A stretch of DNA of 64,000 nt, taken from positions 23,342 through 87,341 of the forward strand of contig JAFYCM010000001.1 in assembly GCA_017539645.1 (NCBI GenBank). The letters run 5' to 3'. Every line of letters begins with the position of its first letter. Within the stretch, counting starts at the first letter, position 1. The position numbers and the translations under genes are program-made. Origin of the DNA: Bacteroidales bacterium. GTDB taxonomy: Bacteria; Bacteroidota; Bacteroidia; Bacteroidales; Marinilabiliaceae. The notes beneath the pieces were generated by a model. It had not been told where the DNA came from. It ran no database searches and saw nothing but the letters and a program-made list of their open reading frames with translations. Shown piece by piece: positions 35,780-45,123 of this stretch.

Positions 35780-36049
35780 TTACTTACGAAGGTTGAGCTT
35801 CTCAATAATTGCACGATAACGATTAATATCGCGGTCTTTGAGATAGTCGAGCAAAGCACGACGTTTACCAATCAACTTACGCAATGCGAAACCTGTGTTT
35901 TTATCCTTCTTGTTTTCCTTGAGGTGATCCGTCAAGTGAGCAATACGGTATGAAAACAATGCTATCTGGCTTTCTGCTGAACCAGTGTCAGTGTTAGACT
36001 TTCCGTAATTGCCGAAGAGTTCTTGCTTCTTTTCTTTTGTCAGGTACAT
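35780..36049 (-). CDS. rpsO: 30S ribosomal protein S15
   Basis: 89 aa: MYLTKEKKQELFGNYGKSNTDTGSAESQIALFSYRIAHLTDHLKENKKD...RRALLDYLK. The start is at internal ATG 36049 of the track ORF. Confidence 0.95.
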   Translation of the reverse strand: MYLTKEKKQELFGNYGKSNTDTGSAESQIALFSYRIAHLTDHLKENKKDKNTGFALRKLIGKRRALLDYLKDRDINRYRAIIEKLNLRK

Positions 36050-36079
36050 ATTCGTAATAATTATGTTTATAAAGCGGCG

Positions 36080-36087
36080 CAAAGGTA
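36080..36087 (-). promoter_or_regulatory. -7 promoter box for rpsO
   Basis: The minus strand reads TACCTTTG, about 30 nt upstream of ATG 36049. Confidence 0.5.
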
Positions 36088-36224
36088 CATTCTTTTGCCT
36101 CATTCACAAGTGTTTCTATTCTAAAAAATCAAAAATTCTGCTTCTGGCTAAATATAGAAGCCAATTCTGCTGCTTTTGAATCTATTTGAGTAAGTATAAA
36201 TTCGTGTCTTCAATAGTCCCAAAA

Positions 36225-36309
36225 CAATCTTGCAGAGTCTTTTTTTTGTCTAAAAAACAATTTTGCAGAGTCTTTTTTTTGTCTAAAAACAATTTTGTAT
36301 AGTCTAATT
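36225..36309 (+). repeat. 2.6 x ~33-nt tandem direct repeat upstream of the AAA ATPase gene
   Basis: caatcttgcagagtcttttttttgtctaaaaaa / caattttgcagagtcttttttttgtctaaaaa / caattttgtatagtctaatt. Confidence 0.8.
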
Positions 36310-36312
36310 ATT

Positions 36313-36320
36313 TATATTTG
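36313..36320 (+). promoter_or_regulatory. -7 promoter box for the AAA ATPase gene, followed by a 5' UTR hairpin
   Basis: TATATTTG, with a TTTG about 17 nt upstream inside repeat unit 3. The hairpin agctatt-gta-aatagct lies at 36322-36338, before ATG 36345. Confidence 0.45.
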
Positions 36321-36344
36321 TAGCTATTGTAAATAGCTGATATT

Positions 36345-37547
36345 ATGGAAGAGAATACAATTGAGTCGCTCTATAAGACCTCTTCGAGATTGGCGCGGCT
36401 TGTAAATACAAAAATTAGACGCTACTTACTCGATAAGATTAATTGGAGTAGTCATCTGATAGCTATAAAAGGGGCGCGAGGTGTGGGGAAAACTACACTT
36501 ATGTTGCAGCGCATAAAGGAGAGTGCGTTGCAGGATGCTGCGTTGTATATATCGCTCGATAATTTTTGGTTTACCACGCATTCGCTTACCGAAGTTGTTG
36601 AATATCACTATAATCACGGAGGAACGCATCTTTTTATTGATGAGGTGCATAAGTATCCGCATTGGCAGACGCTGATAAAAAATATTACCGACGAATATCC
36701 CGATTTGTATGTTGTGTATACTGGTTCTTCGATGTTGAAAATTGACTACAACGAAGGTGATTTGTCGCGTCGTCAGGTGGTGTATACGCTTAATGGTTTG
36801 TCGTTCAGAGAGTTTATGCAGTTTGAGGGCGTCGAAGTTGATGCGGCGGTGTCGTTGCCAGAATTGCTTGACCGTCATCAGGCTATTGCGCTGTCGTATG
36901 CAGACAAGGTAAAAATTCAGCCGCTTTTCGAGAAGTATTTGAAGTGTGGTTATTATCCATTCTACAAGCGCGATGCAGTGGGGTACGATTTTCGTTTGCA
37001 GTCGGTCATTCGTCAGATTTTGAATGAAGATTTGCCTGCAGTAGAGGAGGTTACGTATCCTACTATACAGAAGGTTGAGCGCATGATGATGATTCTGGCC
37101 GAGCGCGTGCCGCAGACGCCTAATATGGCAGAACTATTTCGTCAGCTCGAAACGAATAGAGAGCAGGGCTTGCGTATGCTGGGTTTCTTGGAGCGTGCGG
37201 GCATCTTGAACTTGTTGTGTAGTGAGTCTAAAAATATGAAGCAGCTTGCTAAGCCCGATAAAATCTTGCCCAACAATACCAATATTATGTATGCGCTGTC
37301 CATTGTAGCCGACAAAGGAACGTTGCGCGAAGCGTTTTTTTTCAATCAGCTATCGAATGTGGCTAATGTGGTCTATCCTAAGCGTGGCGATTTTTACGTA
37401 GATAATATGTACCTATTCGAGGTTGGCGGCAAGAATAAAACTTTCGAGCAGATAAAAGATGTACCGAATAGTTATTTGGCAGTCGACGATACTGAAGTTG
37501 GTCACCACAACCGCATTCCGCTTTGGACTTTCGGACTATTGTATTAG
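36345..37547 (+). CDS. AAA family ATPase (AAA_14 + DUF4143 architecture)
   Basis: Walker A IKGARGVGKTTLMLQ and Walker B HLFIDEVHKYPHW. The 400-aa size and the C-terminal region are typical of the DUF4143 ATPases common in Bacteroidales. Confidence 0.8.
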   Translation: MEENTIESLYKTSSRLARLVNTKIRRYLLDKINWSSHLIAIKGARGVGKTTLMLQRIKESALQDAALYISLDNFWFTTHSLTEVVEYHYNHGGTHLFIDEVHKYPHWQTLIKNITDEYPDLYVVYTGSSMLKIDYNEGDLSRRQVVYTLNGLSFREFMQFEGVEVDAAVSLPELLDRHQAIALSYADKVKIQPLFEKYLKCGYYPFYKRDAVGYDFRLQSVIRQILNEDLPAVEEVTYPTIQKVERMMMILAERVPQTPNMAELFRQLETNREQGLRMLGFLERAGILNLLCSESKNMKQLAKPDKILPNNTNIMYALSIVADKGTLREAFFFNQLSNVANVVYPKRGDFYVDNMYLFEVGGKNKTFEQIKDVPNSYLAVDDTEVGHHNRIPLWTFGLLY

Positions 37548-37567
37548 AAATGCTACGGATTGAATAT

Positions 37568-37590
37568 CATAACTCATAACTCGTAATTAT
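37568..37590. repeat. Solo copy of the CGTAA-rich repeat arm
   Basis: cataactcataactcgtaattat, between the ATPase gene and queH. Confidence 0.5.
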
Positions 37591-37607
37591 CCTTGTAACT
37601 TTGCGTT

Positions 37608-38189
37608 ATGAAAAAGCCAACGTTAACACTTCCGCCCTCAGAGCCTGTTATGCTACATGCATGCTGCGCGCCTTGTTCGGGGGCTATTGTCGAGTGGATG
37701 CTCCAGCACGAGATTCGCCCGACAATCTTCTATTTCAATCCGAATATTTATCCCTATGAAGAGTATGCCATTCGTCGTGACGAAAGCCGTCGACATGCGG
37801 AGGCACTCGGATTGCAATGGATAGAAGGTGAATATAACCATCAAGCGTGGCTTGAAGCTGTCAAAGGACTTGAAAACGAGCCCGAGCGTGGTTCGCGATG
37901 CTTGAAATGTTTCAAATTTCGTATGGCGGCCACGGCAGCTAAGGCGCGAGAGATGCTCTACGGCTGCATAACTACCACATTGGCTTCGTCGCGGTGGAAA
38001 AGTCAAGCGCAAATTGACGAGGCTGGCGCTTATGCCGAATCGACTGAAGGTGTTACGTATTGGCAACAGAATTGGCGTAAAGATGGTCTCACGGAGCGCC
38101 GTGCTGCACTTCTTCGTGAATATAATTTTTACAATCAGACTTATTGCGGCTGCGAATTTTCTATGCAGCCTCACGAAGGTCGTTGTTGA
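37608..38189 (+). CDS. queH: Epoxyqueuosine reductase QueH (DUF208)
   Basis: Conserved Cys pattern LHACCAPCS, RCLKCFKFRM, TTLASSRWKS, YCGCEFS. Confidence 0.85.
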   Translation: MKKPTLTLPPSEPVMLHACCAPCSGAIVEWMLQHEIRPTIFYFNPNIYPYEEYAIRRDESRRHAEALGLQWIEGEYNHQAWLEAVKGLENEPERGSRCLKCFKFRMAATAAKAREMLYGCITTTLASSRWKSQAQIDEAGAYAESTEGVTYWQQNWRKDGLTERRAALLREYNFYNQTYCGCEFSMQPHEGRC

Positions 38190-40666
38190 GTTTTCTTCTT
38201 TACACCTTTTATTGCGGGCTCGTTCCACGGATCTTCGGGCCAGACGTGTTTCGGATAGCGCATACGTAGCTCTTTGCGAACTTCGAAATAAGCATTGTTC
38301 CAAAAACTTCTGAGGTCTTGAGTGACTTGTACGGCTTTGAATCCTGGCGAAAGCAAATGTATTAGTACTGGAATTTTGCCGTTGTCTATAGTAGGCGTGT
38401 CTGCCAAACCAAACATTTCTTGCAATCTTACCGCCAATATAGGAGGGCGTCCGTCTTGGAAATATTGTAGGCGTATCATTGAGCCACTTGGTACTTTTAT
38501 GCTTTCGGGTGCTAATTTGTTAAGCGCTTGCTGCTGCTCGTAGCTGAGTGTAGATATTATAATGCTCTTAATATCAATCTTTTCCAAGTCGGCGGCAGTG
38601 TTGACTTGTTGTATGTACGGTGCCAGCCAATCGTCCACCGATGCCAGTAAAGTATCGGTGTCGACGTGTGGCCACTCTTCGTCATTGTGCCAAATGGCTA
38701 TCGATGCAATGCGGTTTTGAAGTTGCTCTACATTGTCGAAGTTTAGCATCTGTTTGCCATTTAGTTTCAGTTCTGTAAGTATTGCCTTATCGATAAGTTC
38801 GCGTTTGCAATTGTGGATAGGTTTCGAGTTTAGCAGCAGTCTCCCGATGCGCATTTCGTGATTTGCAACAACCCTTTTGGCTTCTCTGTCCCATTTTACT
38901 ACATCGCGCTCGCGAATATGACTTCGCAAATCCGTTGGGTCGATGGGCGAGGCGAGGAATATTTTACCTACACCTTCGCGCGCGTCTACATGCGAAATGG
39001 CAAGCCACGGCTCTTGCGCAAGATCGTCATTATGCGAAGTCTGCGCGAGGTTGCCGTTCGATAGTAGGAATTGCGCGTTGTTTCCAGCGTGTGCCGACGC
39101 AATTCGTTCTGGATATGCAGCCGCAATCAAATAGCCCGTAGTGTAGCGGTCAAACGGTTCGTTGTTGACCTCCGCGCCAATGATTTTTCTATATTGCTCG
39201 GCAATCTTCTCAATTCTGTCGAGCTTCTTATTGTGCTGATGCTGAGCGCGATTTCTACGCAACGCATCAATACGTATGTTAATATCTATGCCAGCTTCAC
39301 GTCCGAGAGGGTCGCGTTCTTCCATAAGTGCCGCTATGTCGCACGCCTGCGATTTTTGTTCGTTGTCTTCGGCGGCGAGCAGCATCTGTGCTATGCGCGG
39401 ATGGCAGGGTAGGGCAGAAAGTTCGCGTCCGTGGGAGGTTATCTTGCCATCGTCGTCAATAGCATCGAGCATATTTAGGAGCTCCTTGGCTTGCATGACA
39501 TTCTCGCGCGGTGGTGGAGTGAGCCACGTCATATTCTCAGCATTTGTCTCGCCCCAACGCGCAAGGTCGAGCACAAGTTGACTGAGGTCGGCTTGCTCAA
39601 TTTCCGGTTCGCGGTGAGGTCGCATACGCGCCTCGGTGGCTTTGGTCCAAAGTCGGTAGCATACGCCTTCGGTCAATCGACCTGCGCGACCTGCACGTTG
39701 TGTAGCCATATCCATAGAGATGCGCGCCGTCTCCAAATGCGAAAGTCCAGAAGTTGGGTCGAAGCGCAAGCGACGGTAAAGTCCCGAGTCCACCACAATT
39801 CTTACGCCCTCTATGGTGAGAGACGTCTCGGCAATCGGCGTAGCTAAAACCACCTTTCGTCGGCCATTTGGGTCGGGCAGAATGGCGGCGCGTTGTGCGT
39901 TCTGTGGCAGCATTCCGTAAAGTGGCATCACCTTCGTGTCGCCCAATTTGCCGCGTAGAAGTTCCTCGCAGCGCGATATTTCGGCTTCGCCAGGCAAAAA
40001 CGCCAGAATGTCGCCCGAATCTTTGCTATGAGCATCACGAATTACGTGCGCAGTGAGTTCGGCAGCCGAGCGTTCGTCGCATTCGTCGCAGTTGTGTATG
40101 TCCACTTTGTGCATACGTCCTCTGCTCTCGATTATTGGCGCGCTAAGTTTGTTCGACAGATTCTCAACGTCGATAGTTGCCGACATAATTATTATGCGAA
40201 GGTCGGGGCGAATAATCTGCTGACATTCGCGTGTGAGAGCAAGTGCAACATCGGCGAAGAGACTGCGTTCGTGAAATTCGTCGAATATCACTATGCCGAC
40301 ATCTTCGAGCGTATTGTCGGTCTGTAGCATACGCGTAAGTATGCCCTCAGTAAGTACTTCGATGCGCGTTTCGGCAGAAACTTTCGCTTCGAAACGTATG
40401 CGGTAGCCGACCGTTTTGCCAACAGGTTCGCCAAGCATCTCTGCCATACGTATGGCTATCTGGCGAGCGGCAAGTCGGCGTGGCTCGAGCATAAGTATCT
40501 TCTTGCCTTTGGCACATTCGCAGTCGAGCAGCGTAAGCGGCAGCAGTGTGCTCTTGCCGGCTCCCGGAGGTGCGGTTATTATGAGCGCATTGTTGTTGGT
40601 TAATCTTGCTTTTGTAGTGTCGACAATTTCGGCTACGGGCAAGTTGAATTTCTTTATGTCGAGCAT
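38171..40666 (-). CDS. hrpB: ATP-dependent DEAH-box helicase HrpB
   Basis: 831 aa. Walker A APPGAGKSTLLP, motif II IFDEFHERS, SAT, QRAGRAGR, and a long HrpB-type C-terminal domain. Confidence 0.92.
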   Translation of the reverse strand: MLDIKKFNLPVAEIVDTTKARLTNNNALIITAPPGAGKSTLLPLTLLDCECAKGKKILMLEPRRLAARQIAIRMAEMLGEPVGKTVGYRIRFEAKVSAETRIEVLTEGILTRMLQTDNTLEDVGIVIFDEFHERSLFADVALALTRECQQIIRPDLRIIIMSATIDVENLSNKLSAPIIESRGRMHKVDIHNCDECDERSAAELTAHVIRDAHSKDSGDILAFLPGEAEISRCEELLRGKLGDTKVMPLYGMLPQNAQRAAILPDPNGRRKVVLATPIAETSLTIEGVRIVVDSGLYRRLRFDPTSGLSHLETARISMDMATQRAGRAGRLTEGVCYRLWTKATEARMRPHREPEIEQADLSQLVLDLARWGETNAENMTWLTPPPRENVMQAKELLNMLDAIDDDGKITSHGRELSALPCHPRIAQMLLAAEDNEQKSQACDIAALMEERDPLGREAGIDINIRIDALRRNRAQHQHNKKLDRIEKIAEQYRKIIGAEVNNEPFDRYTTGYLIAAAYPERIASAHAGNNAQFLLSNGNLAQTSHNDDLAQEPWLAISHVDAREGVGKIFLASPIDPTDLRSHIRERDVVKWDREAKRVVANHEMRIGRLLLNSKPIHNCKRELIDKAILTELKLNGKQMLNFDNVEQLQNRIASIAIWHNDEEWPHVDTDTLLASVDDWLAPYIQQVNTAADLEKIDIKSIIISTLSYEQQQALNKLAPESIKVPSGSMIRLQYFQDGRPPILAVRLQEMFGLADTPTIDNGKIPVLIHLLSPGFKAVQVTQDLRSFWNNAYFEVRKELRMRYPKHVWPEDPWNEPAIKGVKKKTQQRPS

Positions 40667-40701
40667 ATTAAATATTTATGATTGCGTATAAATATGTACA
40701 T

Positions 40702-40735
40702 AAAAAGCCCCGACTCAATGAATCGGGGCTTTTTA
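40702..40735 (-). terminator. Rho-independent, bidirectional-looking terminator
   Basis: aaaaagccccgactcaatgaatcggggcttttt. The 7-bp GC-rich stem gccccga/tcggggc is flanked by an A-run and a T-run. It lies downstream of the small lipoprotein gene and upstream of the hrpB start. Confidence 0.75.
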
Positions 40736-40783
40736 TTGCTTAGTTCAGCACTGTTTTGTCAGCGCTTTGCTGTGTCTGCCGAA

Positions 40784-40978
40784 TTATTCAGCAGCGTTTT
40801 CAACAGCAGCAGAATCAGCTACGGTTGAGTCAGCTACGGCTGCAGAATCAGCTACGGTTGAATCAGCTACAACGGTAGAGTCAGCGCAAGCTGCATCTTT
40901 ACAACATGCTGAGTTAGAATTACCTGAGCAAGCAACAAACATTGCAGCAACAGCTGCGATTGCAAATAACTTCTTCAT
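40784..40978 (-). CDS. Small (64 aa) Cys-rich lipoprotein with an ADSTVADSAAV tandem repeat
   Basis: Perfect lipoprotein signal MKKLFAIAAVAAMFVACSG, followed by NSNSACCKDAACADSTVVADSTVADSAAVADSTVADSAAVENAAE. A strong terminator follows it. Confidence 0.65.
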   Translation of the reverse strand: MKKLFAIAAVAAMFVACSGNSNSACCKDAACADSTVVADSTVADSAAVADSTVADSAAVENAAE

Positions 40979-41151
40979 TTTTAGAGCGTTTTATAATTAT
41001 AAAATCTTGTTGTTCTTTTTTCGTCTTTTTTTGACGGCGCAAAGTTAGCGTTTATTGATTAGCTTGTTACGCCAAATATTATGCAAAATAAAGATTTAAC
41101 AATAATAAATAATAGCAATGATTGATAAATATTCGTTTTTGCTCTCGAAAG

Positions 41152-41185
41152 CTACTTGCGCGCACCGAATTGTGTACGCAAGTAG
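41152..41185 (-). terminator. Terminator-like hairpin 8 nt after the porin gene stop
   Basis: ctacttgcg(cgcac cgaatt gtgta)cgcaagtag: 9 perfect bp plus an extended imperfect stem. The downstream U-tract is weak (CUUUCG). Confidence 0.45.
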
Positions 41186-41192
41186 ATGTACT

Positions 41193-41912
41193 TTAGAATG
41201 TTAGGCCAACAACAAAGTGGACGTCATCGTAGGCTGGCGAAGCTATAAACTGTACAAAAATTGGTAAAGAAAATTTATCGGTTATCTCAATCTCTTTTGA
41301 AGCCTTTAGCGATATGTCGAGCACGCTGAATTCGTCATCTTGCTGGCTCTTCCAGGGGTTGATGCCTATTGATGGTGTGAGCGCAACGCCTTTCACATCG
41401 ACGTCATACGATAGATTTAGGTATGAAGTGTACATTCGCTTGCCGTCTTCATCGAGTTCGCCGGCCTCGCCACAAAATAGGAAGGTAGACCAAAGTACGG
41501 TGAGCGGAAATTTTTCACCAAAGTTATATTGGAGTTCAGCGTCGAAATAGTGGTCGTCTTTGTAGTGACCGTATTTAGCGCCTTCGCCTTCCCACCAAAA
41601 GTCGTTGAGTATAGCTGTGAAGCCGCCTATGGTGTAGCTAAGTGTAAGGTCAACTTCTTTGTTGTCGAATTCGGACATTGATGTGCTTGCCCACGCGCTT
41701 AATGACAGACCGCAGCTCCAATCGAGAGATAAAGATGGTTGGAAACTTGCGCCTCCGCCCTGATATGCGCCACGGAATATGTATTTATTCACGATGTCGA
41801 CGCCCGGTGTAACCGAAAATCCTTCGCTTTCTTCAGATTCTTGTGCGATTGCAAATGTTGGCATTAATAGCAGTACTGTTGCTGCCCAAAGTGTTGTCTT
41901 TACAGTTTTCAT
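41193..41912 (-). CDS. TorF/Gcw_chp-family putative outer-membrane beta-barrel porin
   Basis: Signal peptide ...MPTFAIAQE. Motifs VNKYIFRGAYQGGGASFQPSLSLDW..GLSLSAWAST resemble the Gcw_chp pattern (Y.[FW]RG.sQ...pa.Q). There is an alternating beta-strand pattern and a C-terminal F. Confidence 0.65.
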   Translation of the reverse strand: MKTVKTTLWAATVLLLMPTFAIAQESEESEGFSVTPGVDIVNKYIFRGAYQGGGASFQPSLSLDWSCGLSLSAWASTSMSEFDNKEVDLTLSYTIGGFTAILNDFWWEGEGAKYGHYKDDHYFDAELQYNFGEKFPLTVLWSTFLFCGEAGELDEDGKRMYTSYLNLSYDVDVKGVALTPSIGINPWKSQQDDEFSVLDISLKASKEIEITDKFSLPIFVQFIASPAYDDVHFVVGLTF

Positions 41913-42142
41913 AATAATGTAATATTTAGTGGTTAGGTTTTTTAGTTTTGAAATACAGTGCGAAATTACAACTTATATGCGTATTTACAATATAAAGTGT
42001 AAGTAATTCTGGTAATATGCTTATAAAATATAACCGTATCGTACTCTTGTGTTTCAAACTGAAAAACCGAGATTGATGTATGTTACTGTGTGTTATACGT
42101 TTTATACTATATTTTTGTGACACACAAACATAGAAATTTTTG

Positions 42143-43618
42143 ATGAGAGTAGATATTATAGGTAGCGGAGTGGCTGGTTTGGCGGCAGGTATCTATTTGC
42201 AAAAGCGTGGCGTACGGACTACTATATACGAGCGCTCGGCGTCCGTGGGTGGTCTGATGACGGGCTGGCGGCGTGGCAAATACTCCTTCAATGGCTGTCT
42301 GCACTGGCTATTGGGCTCTGCCAAGGGTATCTCTTTCAATACTTTTTGGCGCGAAATAATTGATGTAGATGAACTGCAATTTGTCTACCACGATGAGCGA
42401 GTGCGTTTTGATGCGTGTGGCAAAGAGTTCGTCTTTTATAATGATATAGACCGTCTTGAAAATTATCTGCTCGAAAATGCACCCGAAGATGCTGCGCTCA
42501 TTCTTCGTTGGACGGGTTGGGTGCGTATGGTTGTGCCGCTGCTCGATTATCTTCCGCCAGTCTTCAATGGCGATTTCTGGCACGACTTCAAACTAAAGCT
42601 ACGTATGTGGCGACTGCTGCCAGTGCTTGCGTTTGTGGCGCGTAGCAGTAAGTATACAAACCGCACATTTGCTAAGAAATTTCGCTCTCCGTGGCTACGC
42701 GAGGCACTGACGAATCTGTATCAATATGAAATAGGGTTGCCGGTGCTGGTGTTTGCGCAAGCGTATGCTACAAAACGTGTTGCAGGCTATCCCATTGGCG
42801 GCTCGCAGGCTGTTACGGACAAACTCATAAGTAGTTACGCGGCTGCTGGTGGCAATCTGCGCATGAGCACCGCCGTGAAGCGCATACGTATTGAAAATCA
42901 GCGCGCTATCGGGCTTGAGCTTGAGAATGGCGAACAGACAGCGGCCGACTACGTCATTTCGTGCGCCGATTGGCATTGGACGGTGTTTAGTGCCATTGGC
43001 AAGCAATATCTGCCGTCGGAGTTGGAGAAACTGCGTGAGCCTGCGCACGACGATATATTCTATTCCTATTGTATGCTTGTGCTTGGTGTGCGTCGCCCGA
43101 TGACCGACGTGGCGCATTTCTTTCGTATAAACGAGCATATCACTTCGCCCGATGGTACGGAATATCAGCAAGTTGAGGTAGATGTATATAATTACGACAA
43201 CACGCTCGCTCCCGAAGGTTGCTGCAGCATAAACGTAAATTTCCCTACACGCGAAGGCGATTTTTGGATTAATCTGCGCCGCGACAATTACGAGGAATAT
43301 ATGTCTGTGAAAAAGCGCTTTACTGACGAGATAGTTGCTCGACTTTGTAAATATTTCGGTAGCGATTTTGCCGCAGACGTCGAAGTTGCCGATTTGACAA
43401 CGCCTGCTACATATTATAGGTATACAATGAACTATCGTGGTAGTTCGCAAGGCTGGTCGCCGAGGCGTAATTTGCTTACGCCGTCGCCCGTAAGTAATAG
43501 AATAAAAGGTATAGACAACTTGCTTTTTGCAGGTCATTGGGTGGAGGCTGGTGGCGGTGTGCCAGTTGCTCTTGCTACTGCCAGAAATGCCGCTTTGTTG
43601 ATTTTAGGCAAGATTTGA
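42143..43618 (+). CDS. FAD/NAD(P)-dependent oxidoreductase, phytoene desaturase (CrtI)-like family
   Basis: N-terminal dinucleotide-binding motif VDIIGSGVAGLAAGIYL..RG..TTIYER and C-terminal FAGHWVEAGGGVP. Confidence 0.8.
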   Translation: MRVDIIGSGVAGLAAGIYLQKRGVRTTIYERSASVGGLMTGWRRGKYSFNGCLHWLLGSAKGISFNTFWREIIDVDELQFVYHDERVRFDACGKEFVFYNDIDRLENYLLENAPEDAALILRWTGWVRMVVPLLDYLPPVFNGDFWHDFKLKLRMWRLLPVLAFVARSSKYTNRTFAKKFRSPWLREALTNLYQYEIGLPVLVFAQAYATKRVAGYPIGGSQAVTDKLISSYAAAGGNLRMSTAVKRIRIENQRAIGLELENGEQTAADYVISCADWHWTVFSAIGKQYLPSELEKLREPAHDDIFYSYCMLVLGVRRPMTDVAHFFRINEHITSPDGTEYQQVEVDVYNYDNTLAPEGCCSINVNFPTREGDFWINLRRDNYEEYMSVKKRFTDEIVARLCKYFGSDFAADVEVADLTTPATYYRYTMNYRGSSQGWSPRRNLLTPSPVSNRIKGIDNLLFAGHWVEAGGGVPVALATARNAALLILGKI

Positions 43619-43664
43619 GAGAAAATTTTTGTGAGTCAACGTTTTATCTCACTACATTTGACGA

Positions 43665-45116
43665 ATGAATTCAAATACCATGATGAAAAGACTTATTTAT
43701 TCCCTGCTTGCAATAGCAGTACTCGGTTTTACGTCGTGCAAGGACGACGATGAAAATGATCCAGACAACGGTGGATCGGAAGAAAAAACTACTATTAGTG
43801 CCGCAACCCTTGAAGCCAATTATTTTGTATACTCTATCATGAGTACATACTATTATTGGAACAAAGAGATGTTCAACGACACTGTTAAGTATGAAGATCC
43901 TAAAATAGATTGGCGCACTCAGACCAACACAGAGGAGTATTTCTATGATCTCCTCTCGAATAAAGACAAATACAGCTTCATCTCAGACAATGCCAACGAA
44001 ACCGAAAATGAACTTTCGGGCATTAGCACCACAATGGGTTGGGATTATACGCTTACTTATATAGACAAAAGCAATCACATTGGCGCAATAGTAAACCTTG
44101 TTTATCCCGACTCGCCAGCCGAAAAAGCTGGTGTTAAGCGTGGCGATGTAGTTTACCAAATTGATGGCGAATTCATGACATTGGATAACTATCGCAGTAA
44201 AATTTCGCAAACGAGTGGCGTATATTCATTGATTCGCTACGATGCTACAACTCAGAGCTATTCCGAAAATGTTGAGTATTCGCTTGAAGCTGTAGAACTA
44301 ACCGAAAACCCTGTGTATAAGTATACAACCTTCGAAAAAGATGGTAATAAAATAGGTTATCTTATGTACACCAGCTACATAGAGGATTACAATGCTGACC
44401 TCGATAAGGCTTTCCAATATTTCAAGGAGCAAGGCATAAATAAACTTATCCTCGACGTTCGCTACAACACTGGCGGTGCAATGACTGCATTCCGTCATCT
44501 CTGTAGCCTTATTGGTCCAGCAGCTAATGTAAAAAGCGAAAGTGAGATACTATATTATAAGTATAACGACATCTTGAGCAGCCAGAAAACCTATTCGCGC
44601 CAAAACCAACATGTGACTTTCGATAAGGAAGTTGCAAACAATGTAGACTTGAAAGATATTGTAATCATCACTGGTCGAAATACTTATTCTGCATCTGAGG
44701 CTACAATTATGGCGCTAAAGCCCTATATGAATGTTACGCTGATTGGTGATATAACGGGCGGCAAGAACTCTACAATGTTTGTGCTTACACCCGATGTGTT
44801 TACCGACAGTAGAGATGCGCGCGTATTCGATAAAAGCATCGACAATTGGTTGATTGCGCCTATCGTGGCTGAATATTTCAATACGAATGACCAGACTTTC
44901 GATCCAACCGAAGGTATCTCGCCCGATTATGCTATAAATGAGTATGACTACAGCGACATGGGTGTGATTGGCGACGAGAATGAGCCTTTGACCAAGGCAG
45001 CTATTGAGTTTATTACCACTGGTAGTATTACCACCAACAAAGCTGCCACGCTGAAAGAGGTCGAAATCCTCGGACACAAGGGTCTCGGCATCAAAGGCGC
45101 TATTATGAATCGATAA
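43665..45116 (+). CDS. S41 family (C-terminal processing/tail-specific-like) peptidase lipoprotein with a PDZ domain
   Basis: Lipobox VLGFTSC. PDZ VYPDSPAEKAGVKRGDVVYQIDG. S41 core LILDVRYNTGG and TYSASE (Ser nucleophile context). Confidence 0.82.
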   Translation: MNSNTMMKRLIYSLLAIAVLGFTSCKDDDENDPDNGGSEEKTTISAATLEANYFVYSIMSTYYYWNKEMFNDTVKYEDPKIDWRTQTNTEEYFYDLLSNKDKYSFISDNANETENELSGISTTMGWDYTLTYIDKSNHIGAIVNLVYPDSPAEKAGVKRGDVVYQIDGEFMTLDNYRSKISQTSGVYSLIRYDATTQSYSENVEYSLEAVELTENPVYKYTTFEKDGNKIGYLMYTSYIEDYNADLDKAFQYFKEQGINKLILDVRYNTGGAMTAFRHLCSLIGPAANVKSESEILYYKYNDILSSQKTYSRQNQHVTFDKEVANNVDLKDIVIITGRNTYSASEATIMALKPYMNVTLIGDITGGKNSTMFVLTPDVFTDSRDARVFDKSIDNWLIAPIVAEYFNTNDQTFDPTEGISPDYAINEYDYSDMGVIGDENEPLTKAAIEFITTGSITTNKAATLKEVEILGHKGLGIKGAIMNR

Positions 45117-45123
45117 ATCATAT

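Noticed and set aside
36345-37547. DUF4143 AAA ATPase as a defence-system or mobile-element marker
   Set aside because: It is a single gene with no nuclease, methylase, integrase or partner ORF. Its neighbours are rpsO and queH. Only the upstream tandem repeat is reported as a finding.
40767-41048. 93-aa plus-strand ORF overlapping the mini-lipoprotein
   Set aside because: The opposite (minus) frame has a canonical lipoprotein signal and is followed by a strong terminator. The plus-strand product has no signal and runs into the AT-rich spacer. I kept the minus-strand call, though only with moderate confidence.
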